32,000 bases of DNA from Desulfocapsa sulfexigens DSM 10523 (GCF_000341395.1 NC_020304.1:960001-992000), one strand, 5' to 3'. Counted from the stretch's first letter, positions 8,936 through 16,286 are shown. Notes: generated from the sequence alone by a model not told the origin. Program-made: numbers and translations.

Positions 8936-10366
8936 ATGTTAGAGCTTACAATACTCATACCGCTGCTTACCGGAGGGTTTGCAATGTTTCTGCCGGCCCG
9001 CCTGGGACGCGGCCTCCTGGTGGTGACAGCATTGCTCCATCTGCAGCTGACCGTCATGGCATGGATGGGCAAAATTGTCCCCTCCTTCCCTCAATATTTT
9101 GTAGTGACCAACGAAGGAATGCTTATCCTGCTGGTCACCTCATTTGTCTTTCTCTTTATTTCTCTCTATGCCGTTTCCTATATGAAAGAAACGGAAATCA
9201 CCAGTGAACCGATCTACCATGGCTGCACCCTGTTCTTCCTCGCCACTATGACCATGGTAACAATGGCCGATCACCTGATTGTTCTGTGGATTGCCATTGA
9301 GGCAACAACCCTGATGAGTGCGCCGCTGATCTTCCTCCACCGCTCCAAGACAGCCCTTGAGGCCACCTGGAAATATGTGATGATCTGTTCGGTTGGAATT
9401 GCTCTTGCTCTGCTTGGTTGCTTCTTTGTGGTTCTGGCCATGGATCTTGGTAATGTTCATGCTCCAATCACCTTCAGTTCCCTCAGAACAATTGCCACTG
9501 ATCTTGATCCCCTCTGGCTCAAGGCCGGGTTTATTTTCCTGGTTATCGGTTATGGCACCAAGATGGGTCTTGCCCCCATGCACACCTGGCTGCCGGATGC
9601 CCATAGTGAAGCACCAAGTCCTGCCTCAGCTCTGTTATCCGGAGCTCTTTTAAACTGTGCTTTCCTTGGCGTCTATCGTGCGCATCAACTTCTCTATCAG
9701 GCTGGCCTTGGTGATTTTTCCAGTAAAATTCTCGTTGGCTTCGGTCTCCTTTCCATGCTCATAGCTGCCATCTTCATTTTTAACCAGACCGGTTATAAAC
9801 GAATGCTGGCTTATTCCAGTATTGAGAATATGGGAATTATCGCCTTTGGTATCGGTATCGGGGGATTAGCAACCTATGGTGCAATGCTCCACCTCATCCA
9901 CCACTCACTGATCAAGTCATCACTCTTTCTCTCAGCCGGTAATGTCCTGCTGGGATACGGCAGTAAACTCGTGGATAAAACTGGAAACATGGCCAAACTC
10001 TTCCCCAAAACCTTCACCGCCTTTTTTGCCGGCTTTGCCGGGATATCGGGTTTTCCACCCTTTGGTATCTTTGTCAGTGAAGTGCTCATAATCATTGGGG
10101 CCTTTCAGCAGGGAAAAAATATCAGTGTCACTATATTTATCTTTGCTCTTATCCTTATCTTTGCCGGGGCTTCCCGCCTCGTAACCAGGATGTGTTTTTC
10201 TCCCTGCGAGAATCCAGACATTCTGGTTGAGGAAAATTGGGCCAGAACTCTGCCTTCTTTTGCCCTGCTCGCGGCATCCCTTGCTCTCTGTATCTGGCTG
10301 CCCGACAGCCTGTACCAGACAATCCTTTCGGCAATTGCCACAATCGGAGGTAGCATCAATGGCTAA
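8936..10366 (+). CDS. ehrD: NuoM/NuoN/HyfF-like antiporter subunit (EhrD-like)
   Basis: 476-aa membrane ORF with the motif WLPDAHSEAPSPASALLSGALLN and the family-typical SSIENMG segment. Confidence 0.92.
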   Translation: MLELTILIPLLTGGFAMFLPARLGRGLLVVTALLHLQLTVMAWMGKIVPSFPQYFVVTNEGMLILLVTSFVFLFISLYAVSYMKETEITSEPIYHGCTLFFLATMTMVTMADHLIVLWIAIEATTLMSAPLIFLHRSKTALEATWKYVMICSVGIALALLGCFFVVLAMDLGNVHAPITFSSLRTIATDLDPLWLKAGFIFLVIGYGTKMGLAPMHTWLPDAHSEAPSPASALLSGALLNCAFLGVYRAHQLLYQAGLGDFSSKILVGFGLLSMLIAAIFIFNQTGYKRMLAYSSIENMGIIAFGIGIGGLATYGAMLHLIHHSLIKSSLFLSAGNVLLGYGSKLVDKTGNMAKLFPKTFTAFFAGFAGISGFPPFGIFVSEVLIIIGAFQQGKNISVTIFIFALILIFAGASRLVTRMCFSPCENPDILVEENWARTLPSFALLAASLALCIWLPDSLYQTILSAIATIGGSING

Positions 10367-11870
10367 CCTACTGCATATACAGAATAATGAACGGCTCAAG
10401 CGAGCCGATATTCCGCATCTTGACTTTAACTCCTTTCGCCAGGAGCTGCTTGATCTTGCCGCCAGTGGTGGTCAAATTGTCCAATTCTTTGCCTATGAGG
10501 ATCAAGGAATCACCAAGTTGCTCGCGGTCATGCGTCACAATGACAAACTCTCTGTTGGTGGCTGTGATGCCCCCGGAGAGCAATTTGCTTCCCTTACCGC
10601 GGAATCAGAAAAATTCCACATGTTTGAACGGGAAATTGGTGAACAGTATGGGCTTAAGGCCGAGGGCCATCCCTGGCTGAAGATGGTTCGTTACCATAAA
10701 AATTACAGTGGGAGAGAGGATGTCTTCGGCAATGATTATAATCAAGATATCCCAGGTAACTATCCCTACTTCACTGTGGAAGGAGAAACCGTCCATGAAG
10801 TCGCAGTCGGGCCGGTTCACGCGGGTATCATCGAACCAGGTCATTTCCGTTTTCAGTGTCACGGCGAACGGGTCTTCCACCTGGAAATCCAGCTGGGCTA
10901 CCAGCATCGTGGTGTCGAAAAACTCCTGCAAAGCGTCCCCTTTAAACGTTTGCCCATCATTGCCGAAACCATTGCCGGTGACACCACCATTGGTCATAGT
11001 CTCTGCCAGGCCCAGGCCATAGAATCACTGGCAAATATCAGAGTGGATGCAGGAGCAAGCTTTGTCCGTGCCATCGCTCTGGAAATGGAACGCATCGCCA
11101 ACCATATCGGCGATCTCGGTGCCCTGAGTCTGGATGTGGCCTTTAATCCTCCAGCAGCTTATTTTGGCAGAATCAGGGGTGAATATCTCAACTTGAGCCA
11201 GATCATCGGCGGGAACCGTTTTGGCCGTGGCCTGATTCGGCCGGGCGGAGTCACTCATGTCCTGGGTGATGAACAGAAGCAACTCCTGAAAGATAAGCTC
11301 GCCGAGTTAACCCCGGAGGTTGAACATGTTAATGATTTGATATTCTCTGCTCCCAGCGTTCTCGGCCGTTTTGATCATACTGGGACGGTCAGTCATGAGA
11401 ACGCTCAAAAAATCGGGCTTGTAGGCTATGCCGGGAGAGCCTGTGGCCTTCCCTATGATGCCAGAGTTGCCTTTCCTACAGAGTGTTATGGTGAACTACC
11501 GGCCAACGTCAACGAAAAAACAGACGGTGACGTCTGCTCCCGGGCTACGGTCAGGCGGGAAGAAATCATACATTCCACCGCATTGATCAACACTTTGCTT
11601 GAAAGAACGCATGAGACGGCAAGCTATATTCCAGAAAGCGTTGAAATGGCGCCCGATTCCTTTGTTGTCTCTATCAATGAGGCTTGGCGTGGAGAAGTTT
11701 CTCACTGTATCCTCACGGATGGAAAGGGTGAGATATTACGCTATAAGGTAAAAGACCCTTCCTTCCACAATTGGACAGGCCTGGCCTTGTCACTCAGGGA
11801 CGAAGGGATTTCTGATTTTCCATTGTGCAATAAGAGCTTTAACCTCTCCTATTGCGGATTTGATATATAA
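10359..11870 (+). CDS. ehrL: NuoC-NuoD/HycE-like large subunit lacking [NiFe] cysteine ligands (EhrL-like)
   Basis: Start set at ATG 10359, with GGAGG at 10346-10350 and an 8-nt overlap with ehrD. NuoC-like segment FEREIGEQYGLKAEGHPWL. NuoD/HycE-like core GPVHAGIIEPGHFRF ... GYQHRGVEKL. Where hydrogenases have R-x-C-G-x-C this protein reads ETIAGDTTIGHS. The C-terminus reads FNLSYCGFDI instead of D-P-C-x-x-C. There is no CxxC anywhere in the protein. Confidence 0.9.
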   Translation: MANLLHIQNNERLKRADIPHLDFNSFRQELLDLAASGGQIVQFFAYEDQGITKLLAVMRHNDKLSVGGCDAPGEQFASLTAESEKFHMFEREIGEQYGLKAEGHPWLKMVRYHKNYSGREDVFGNDYNQDIPGNYPYFTVEGETVHEVAVGPVHAGIIEPGHFRFQCHGERVFHLEIQLGYQHRGVEKLLQSVPFKRLPIIAETIAGDTTIGHSLCQAQAIESLANIRVDAGASFVRAIALEMERIANHIGDLGALSLDVAFNPPAAYFGRIRGEYLNLSQIIGGNRFGRGLIRPGGVTHVLGDEQKQLLKDKLAELTPEVEHVNDLIFSAPSVLGRFDHTGTVSHENAQKIGLVGYAGRACGLPYDARVAFPTECYGELPANVNEKTDGDVCSRATVRREEIIHSTALINTLLERTHETASYIPESVEMAPDSFVVSINEAWRGEVSHCILTDGKGEILRYKVKDPSFHNWTGLALSLRDEGISDFPLCNKSFNLSYCGFDI

Positions 11871-11999
11871 GATGGCGTCGTAAAAACTCTCCATCTGCTT
11901 CGTTGCTGTTAAATTTATATAATTACGACGTACCCCACAGTACGCCGAAATCATATACATTCAACGCGCCTCGCATATGGAGTTTTTTTCCTAGCCATC
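11871..11999. repeat. MITE-like 129-bp element with about 24-bp imperfect terminal inverted repeats in the ehrL-ehrS spacer
   Basis: GATGGCGTCGTAAAAACTCTCCAT at the left end and ATGGAGTTTTTTTCCTAGCCATC at the right end. An inner 8-bp pair CGTCGTAA/TTACGACG. Flanked by TATAA on both sides (11866-11870 and 12000-12004). It starts immediately after the ehrL stop codon. Only one copy in this window. Confidence 0.4.
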
Positions 12000-12043
12000 T
12001 ATAATTTCAGCTTTTTACGAGCTAGACATATTAAGGTGCATTC

Positions 12044-12787
12044 ATGTTAAAAGTTATAAAAAACAGATTAGAACAGGGGCATCGGACATCCAGATACCCT
12101 AAGGAAGAAATTCAGCTGTATAAGCGCTTTCGTGGCCTGCCAAAGGTGGACAGCAAATGCGATGCCGCCCTTGTTAAGCGTTGCGCAGATGCCTGTCCTC
12201 AGGAATGTATTGACACCAATACCAGAAAGATCGATCTTGGTCGCTGTGTCTTCTGCGGACTCTGTGAAACATTATCAGAGGGACGTTTCGTACAATTCAG
12301 TCAAAACTTTGAGATGGGAACATCAAACCGGGATGACCTCTTCACCCATGGTGACTTACCAGCCCTGGCGGAGCATTCAAAGAAGCATTTCAAAAAACTT
12401 TTTGGCCGTTCATTGCAACTGCGCCAGATCTCAGCTGCGGGTTGTAACGCCTGTGAAGCAGATACCAACGTCTTGAACACCCCATTTTTTGATCTGCAAC
12501 GTTTTGGTATCCAGTTTGTCGCCTCACCCCGTCATGCAGATGGCATCCATGTAACCGGACCTATCTCTGAGAATATGCGTCAGGCCACCATTACTACCTG
12601 GGAGGCTGTACCCAGCCCTAAAGTAGTCATTGCCAGCGGTGCCTGTGCCATTTCAGGAGGGCCATTTTATGGCAGTGACGAGATTGTCGGTGACCTGAAC
12701 AAGCTGATTCCGGTGGATCTTTACATCCCTGGTTGTCCCCCTCACCCTTTAACCACACTGCACGCTCTGCTAAATTATTTCAAGTAA
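12044..12787 (+). CDS. ehrS: Fusion of a NuoI/HycF-like ferredoxin module and a NuoB/HycG-like small subunit (EhrS-like)
   Basis: 247-aa ORF. The N-terminus has C39-x7-C47-x3-C51-P plus C68-x2-C71-x2-C74 (the second CP cysteine is replaced, CETLS). The C-terminus has the NuoB-type cluster ligands C134-x2-C137 (GCNAC), C201 (GACAISGG) and C231 (GCPP). Confidence 0.9.
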   Translation: MLKVIKNRLEQGHRTSRYPKEEIQLYKRFRGLPKVDSKCDAALVKRCADACPQECIDTNTRKIDLGRCVFCGLCETLSEGRFVQFSQNFEMGTSNRDDLFTHGDLPALAEHSKKHFKKLFGRSLQLRQISAAGCNACEADTNVLNTPFFDLQRFGIQFVASPRHADGIHVTGPISENMRQATITTWEAVPSPKVVIASGACAISGGPFYGSDEIVGDLNKLIPVDLYIPGCPPHPLTTLHALLNYFK

Positions 12788-12809
12788 CAAAGAGTAGTAG
12801 TTTGTTTTA

Positions 12810-12872
12810 GAAGCCAACCGGGACTTTTCCTCGACATAGGTACCGCCTGTCCTGGCTGGCTTCTTCTTTTTA
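12810..12872 (+). terminator. Rho-independent terminator candidate ending the ehr operon
   Basis: 14-bp stem GAAGCCAACCGGGA / TCCTGGCTGGCTTC (one mismatch, one G:U) with a large loop, followed by TTCTTTTTAT. Confidence 0.5.
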
Positions 12873-13064
12873 TCTTTAGCTCCCCCCCTACTCCTGGCCT
12901 TTCCTCGTAGACACTAACATCTCAACTCATAAAAAAAGTTGAGCAAATCCCTCCACAATAGGATCACCCAATAGCATTACTCCTGAAATTCTCTAATAGC
13001 AGCATGCAGTCCCCCCTATTTAATTCTTGACTTTATTAAAAACAGCGCTAAGAATGCAAGCTTT

Positions 13065-13079
13065 GTTACAAATTGCAAC
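13065..13079. promoter_or_regulatory. Palindrome GTTACA-AAT-TGCAAC, second copy of the 3230-3244 motif
   Basis: Same 6-N3-6 architecture with one mismatch. It ends 57 nt upstream of the beta-carbonic anhydrase ATG. Confidence 0.3.
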
Positions 13080-13136
13080 AAAAGTACAATTTTTTTTACA
13101 CACCCTTTACCGCTGATATATCCTAAGGAGAAACGA

Positions 13137-13727
13137 ATGGGAAAATCAATCATGCCAAGCCCTGATCTGGCATTACAGCAGCTTCTGGATGGCAATAAAC
13201 GCTTCACCAGTGCCTCTCTTGCCCATCCCAATCAGGATGGTGAGCGACGTATTTCTCTGGGTAATGGTCAGGCTCCCTTTGCCGCTGTATTAGCCTGTGC
13301 AGATTCACGGGTTCCACCAGAGGTTCTTTTTGACCAGGGCCTTGGCGATCTTTTTGTCGTCCGAGTGGCAGGAAACATCATAAATGACCAGTTGCTGGGC
13401 AGCCTGGAATATGCTGCAGCCCACCTGAACACCCCACTCATCGTGGTTCTTGGACATACAAGCTGTGGCGCTATTGGTGCGGTAGCACAGGGGGTTGAAC
13501 TGGAAGGACATATTGCATCCCTTGCCCCTGCTATTCAACCGGCAATTGATAAAGTCAAAGACCAGGAAGGAGATCTCACTGACAATGCTGCCCGTGAAGT
13601 GGCCAGGATGACGGCCAAACAACTTCAAGAATCTCAGCCCATCATGGCTGACCTGGTCAAAGAAGGTAAATTAAAAATTGTTCCTGCCTTTTATGATTTA
13701 GAGTCAGGCGAAATAGCCCTCCTTTAG
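13137..13727 (+). CDS. Beta-class carbonic anhydrase
   Basis: 196-aa ORF with the diagnostic beta-CA motifs CADSRVPPE (C-x-D-x-R) and GHTSCGA (H-x-x-C). RBS AAGGAG 7 nt upstream. Confidence 0.95.
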   Translation: MGKSIMPSPDLALQQLLDGNKRFTSASLAHPNQDGERRISLGNGQAPFAAVLACADSRVPPEVLFDQGLGDLFVVRVAGNIINDQLLGSLEYAAAHLNTPLIVVLGHTSCGAIGAVAQGVELEGHIASLAPAIQPAIDKVKDQEGDLTDNAAREVARMTAKQLQESQPIMADLVKEGKLKIVPAFYDLESGEIALL

Positions 13728-13732
13728 ACAAA

Positions 13733-13910
13733 CCTGATTACCATTGATCCTCAGCTTACCCGCCTGAGGAGGAGTTGTTTCGTGTTGATTACATGGGCAT
13801 CTGCGGCCCGGACGGCCGCAGCAGAGCCCCCAGGGATGGGTTTAATGCGTCCCATATAATCGACACGGAACAGCTCCGGGTTGCAAAGCTGAGTTTCGAT
13901 GGTAATCAGG
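13733..13910 (+). mobile_element. 178-bp palindromic MITE, copy 1, with 8-bp target-site duplication TAGACAAA
   Basis: Terminal inverted repeats CCTGATTACCATTGA / TCGATGGTAATCAGG. The whole element folds as one long imperfect hairpin. TAGACAAA is present at 13725-13732 and 13911-13918, and the left copy contains the carbonic anhydrase TAG stop codon. Near-identical copy at 16287-16464. Confidence 0.85.
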
Positions 13911-13924
13911 TAGACAAATCATAC

Positions 13925-13969
13925 GAGTTCACCCGTTCTATATAGACACTGGTGAACTCTTTTGTTTTA
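13925..13969 (+). terminator. Rho-independent terminator candidate downstream of the carbonic anhydrase gene and MITE
   Basis: 9-bp stem GAGTTCACC / GGTGAACTC with a 17-nt loop, followed by TTTTGTTTTA. Confidence 0.55.
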
Positions 13970-14012
13970 TCCCTGTGGCAAGAAACTCCAGAGTACAGCA
14001 TTTACCATCTCT

Positions 14013-15194
14013 TCAGATAACCTGATCGATTTCGATAAATTCCTTCAAATCTGAATTCAGGATATTTTTCAGCTCGGCAAAATTTTCCTCGCGCGTCTCA
14101 GTAAAGAGAAATCCAAAAACAGGATAGCTCGTATAGTCAACTTTTCTGAGTTCCAACACCTGCTCAAAACCAGCCAGAAGCTTTTCATAATCAAAGGATT
14201 TGATAACACTTCCATCTATACCGGTTGAATTATCCAGAACGATAAGACTGAAGAGTTTTCCCTCTTTACCCTGGAGCAACTCATCCCAATCCGGTTTTTG
14301 CTGTGTGTAATAATAGAGATAGGGATTCAACCCATAGGCACTGAAGGTCATGTCAGCGGTTGTGCACCAGCCTCCAAAACGCATGGGGTTCACTTCAATG
14401 GGCAGGAGCATCCCGTTGCTCTCTCTTCTCAATTCGATATGTACAGGAAAGCTTTTCACGTCAGCCAACACACCAATTTTCCCTACAAATTCAGTGAATT
14501 CTGCGAGGTTTTCTTCCACAATTTTCTTTGATGTAGTATAGACTCTATCACTGACATCGCTGTCGGATGCAAAAGTGTGACGGAAAATACTCAGAATAAC
14601 AGGAGTACCGCTTTCGTCGTAATAAGCATCGATTGCAAATTCTTCCCCATTAATACACTGTTCAATAATAAAGGAACTGGTATCCAGTACTTCGTCAGGG
14701 TAGAGGCCCCTGATCTCCTCAATTTCCTGGTAAATTAATGCTACGGTCTTCTGCCACTCCGCACTATTTGCAACCTTATACACGCCCATACTGAAAAAGC
14801 CGACGCTTGGTTTGATAATAAAGGGCAAGGGAATATCCTCAAGTTGCAACTCGTGCAACTCCTCCACAGCAACCTCTCTGAAATAGAGGCCAGGAAAGAT
14901 GGACTGGGTCATTTTCCGAAATTTCCCCTTATCCTTAAACAACTCTATTTTTTCAGGAAGATCACTGAAGGGAAAATGCTTTGCCAACCAGCCGATTGCG
15001 TTCTCAGATGTTGTGTATACCGGAAAAATATCCTGCTCCCGAGCCATTGCAATGGCTTGTTCTTCACTGATCATTTTGGTGCCATCATACAACCCGATCT
15101 CTTTAGCTATCTTGGTTGCAACAACAGGAATTCCGTGATCCCTGACACTCTTTTTAAAAAAATCTGACACATAGGGTTTATCTATAAAAAACAT
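14013..15194 (-). CDS. ATP-grasp domain protein (carboxylate-amine or peptide ligase superfamily), substrate unknown
   Basis: 393-aa ORF with ATP-grasp hallmarks: FIIKPSVGFFSMGVYKV, IIEQCINGEEFAIDAYYD, HIELRR ... LPIEVNPMRFGG. Confidence 0.88.
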   Translation of the reverse strand: MFFIDKPYVSDFFKKSVRDHGIPVVATKIAKEIGLYDGTKMISEEQAIAMAREQDIFPVYTTSENAIGWLAKHFPFSDLPEKIELFKDKGKFRKMTQSIFPGLYFREVAVEELHELQLEDIPLPFIIKPSVGFFSMGVYKVANSAEWQKTVALIYQEIEEIRGLYPDEVLDTSSFIIEQCINGEEFAIDAYYDESGTPVILSIFRHTFASDSDVSDRVYTTSKKIVEENLAEFTEFVGKIGVLADVKSFPVHIELRRESNGMLLPIEVNPMRFGGWCTTADMTFSAYGLNPYLYYYTQQKPDWDELLQGKEGKLFSLIVLDNSTGIDGSVIKSFDYEKLLAGFEQVLELRKVDYTSYPVFGFLFTETREENFAELKNILNSDLKEFIEIDQVI

Positions 15195-15705
15195 TCTTCA
15201 TATCCATGGGGTAAGTTTTTCACGCAGTCTGCAGGCCACTCTCATTTCTCTTCCGAACGAAGATATGAAGGATCAGGAACAATGTCAAAACAGTTCTGCA
15301 AATAAAAGCATTAATGAACCCGGTACCTAAAGATGTTCATACTATTTCCCCCGGTGTCAGAAGACAACATTGGTTTCTGAACCTTACGTCCTCACTTCGA
15401 CAATCTTGTCGAGATACACATTGATTGTCGAAGCACCACCTCCCTAAAAGGCACCCACAATTGGATAACATTACGATTTATAAGGATAATAAAAAACAAG
15501 AGCTGTTTGGCACACTTGTTGTAATACCAAAGGCACGGGTCAGGGCAATGCTGTCGGGCGCAGGAAAATTTATCCTTACTCACTGCCAATACAAGAGCAG
15601 AATCATCCTGGAAAGGCCATGATCGCCATAGACGCGCACACGCATTTTATAATTAGCACTCACAACCTTCTCATAAGAGAGGGATAATTTTAAGGAGGAA
15701 TTCCA

Positions 15706-16083
15706 ATGAAATGTTCTACAAAAACTGTCAAAACACTTGTTATTACTGCAGCAATCACACTTATGGCCATCCCTGTTATGGCCGGAAATGGTCATGGCCC
15801 AGGCGACGGTAGTGGAAAATCCGGTTCTGGTCCCAGGGATGGCTCAGGCTACGGTTCGGGAAGTGGCGACTGTCTCAATGCAGCAGGTTTTTATCTGAAC
15901 AGTGATCTGCTTGTACGCGGTGGGAATGGCGGCGGCAATGGTGGTGGAGCCGGGGATGGTTCCGGAGGTGGTGCCGGTGGTAATGGTAATGGTGACGGGA
16001 CTGGCGATGCACCCGGCGATGGTACCGGTAACGGACCCGGTACTGGTTTAGGTGATGGCACCGGGGATTGTCTGGCCTCATAA
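15706..16083 (+). CDS. Secreted Gly/Asp-rich repeat protein with two G-[ST]-G-D-C-L motifs
   Basis: 125-aa ORF with a strong RBS (AAGGAGG). Sec-type signal peptide MKCSTKTVKTLVITAAITLMAIPVMA. The mature part is almost entirely G-D-G-[ST]-G / G-N-G repeats around one hydrophobic island (AAGFYLNSDLLVR). GSGDCL and GTGDCL close each half. Confidence 0.7.
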   Translation: MKCSTKTVKTLVITAAITLMAIPVMAGNGHGPGDGSGKSGSGPRDGSGYGSGSGDCLNAAGFYLNSDLLVRGGNGGGNGGGAGDGSGGGAGGNGNGDGTGDAPGDGTGNGPGTGLGDGTGDCLAS

Positions 16084-16095
16084 TAATGTTAATGG

Positions 16096-16136
16096 GAACA
16101 AAGAATAGTAATTCACTAGGATTCTATTCTTTGTTC
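16096..16136 (+). terminator. Perfect 13-bp stem-loop after the Gly-rich gene (weak T-tract)
   Basis: GAACAAAGAATAG-15 nt-CTATTCTTTGTTC, beginning 13 nt after the stop codon. The following sequence, TCTGCTCC, is not a classic U-run. Confidence 0.4.
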
Positions 16137-16286
16137 TCTGCTCCAGAAGAACAACCCGACTGTACCCGAGATATGTACCTTCACTCTCTATCCATATCCT
16201 TGCCCGGATACGATACTCTCCCGGAGGGATATTCTGGTGACTTGAGCTATGCTCTTTCTTCATAATTCGATACATGCATATAAATA

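Noticed and set aside
10227-10358. The longest ORF for the large subunit starts at 10227 (MRKIGPELCLLLPC...).
   Set aside because: This start would overlap ehrD by 140 nt in another frame. The extension is Cys/Pro/Leu-rich and not protein-like. ATG 10359 has a GGAGG 8 nt upstream and begins a plausible N-terminus (MANLLHIQ).
5511-10399. Many 60-170-aa ORFs antisense to, or out of frame within, the ehr membrane genes (for example 5511-6032 -, 9140-9604 -, 9932-10399 -).
   Set aside because: They lie fully inside long ORFs with family motifs. Their translations are low-complexity (Gly/Pro/His/Gln-rich), typical of shadow frames.
10359-12787. Calling the complex a functional formate-hydrogenlyase or Hyf-type [NiFe] hydrogenase.
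   Set aside because: The large subunit has no CxxC motif at either ligand position. No hyp, hycI or formate dehydrogenase genes are in the window. An Ehr-type (hydrogenase-related) complex is the supportable call.
13027-13055. Sigma-70 promoter guess TTGACT-N16-TAAGAAT upstream of the carbonic anhydrase gene.
   Set aside because: The -35 is good, but the -10 matches TATAAT at only about 3 of 6 positions. That is not enough to report as a feature.
13791-13946. Small ORF inside the MITE (MGICGPDGRSRAPRDGF...).
   Set aside because: All differences between the two copies in this frame are non-synonymous (P/L, N/M, G/S), and the stop position differs. The sequence is better explained by hairpin symmetry.
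15875-16081. 68-aa His/Arg-rich ORF on the minus strand (HHYHYHRHHL...).
   Set aside because: It is the antisense reading of the GGN/GAY repeats of the Gly-rich gene. It has no RBS, whereas the plus-strand gene has a strong RBS and a signal peptide.
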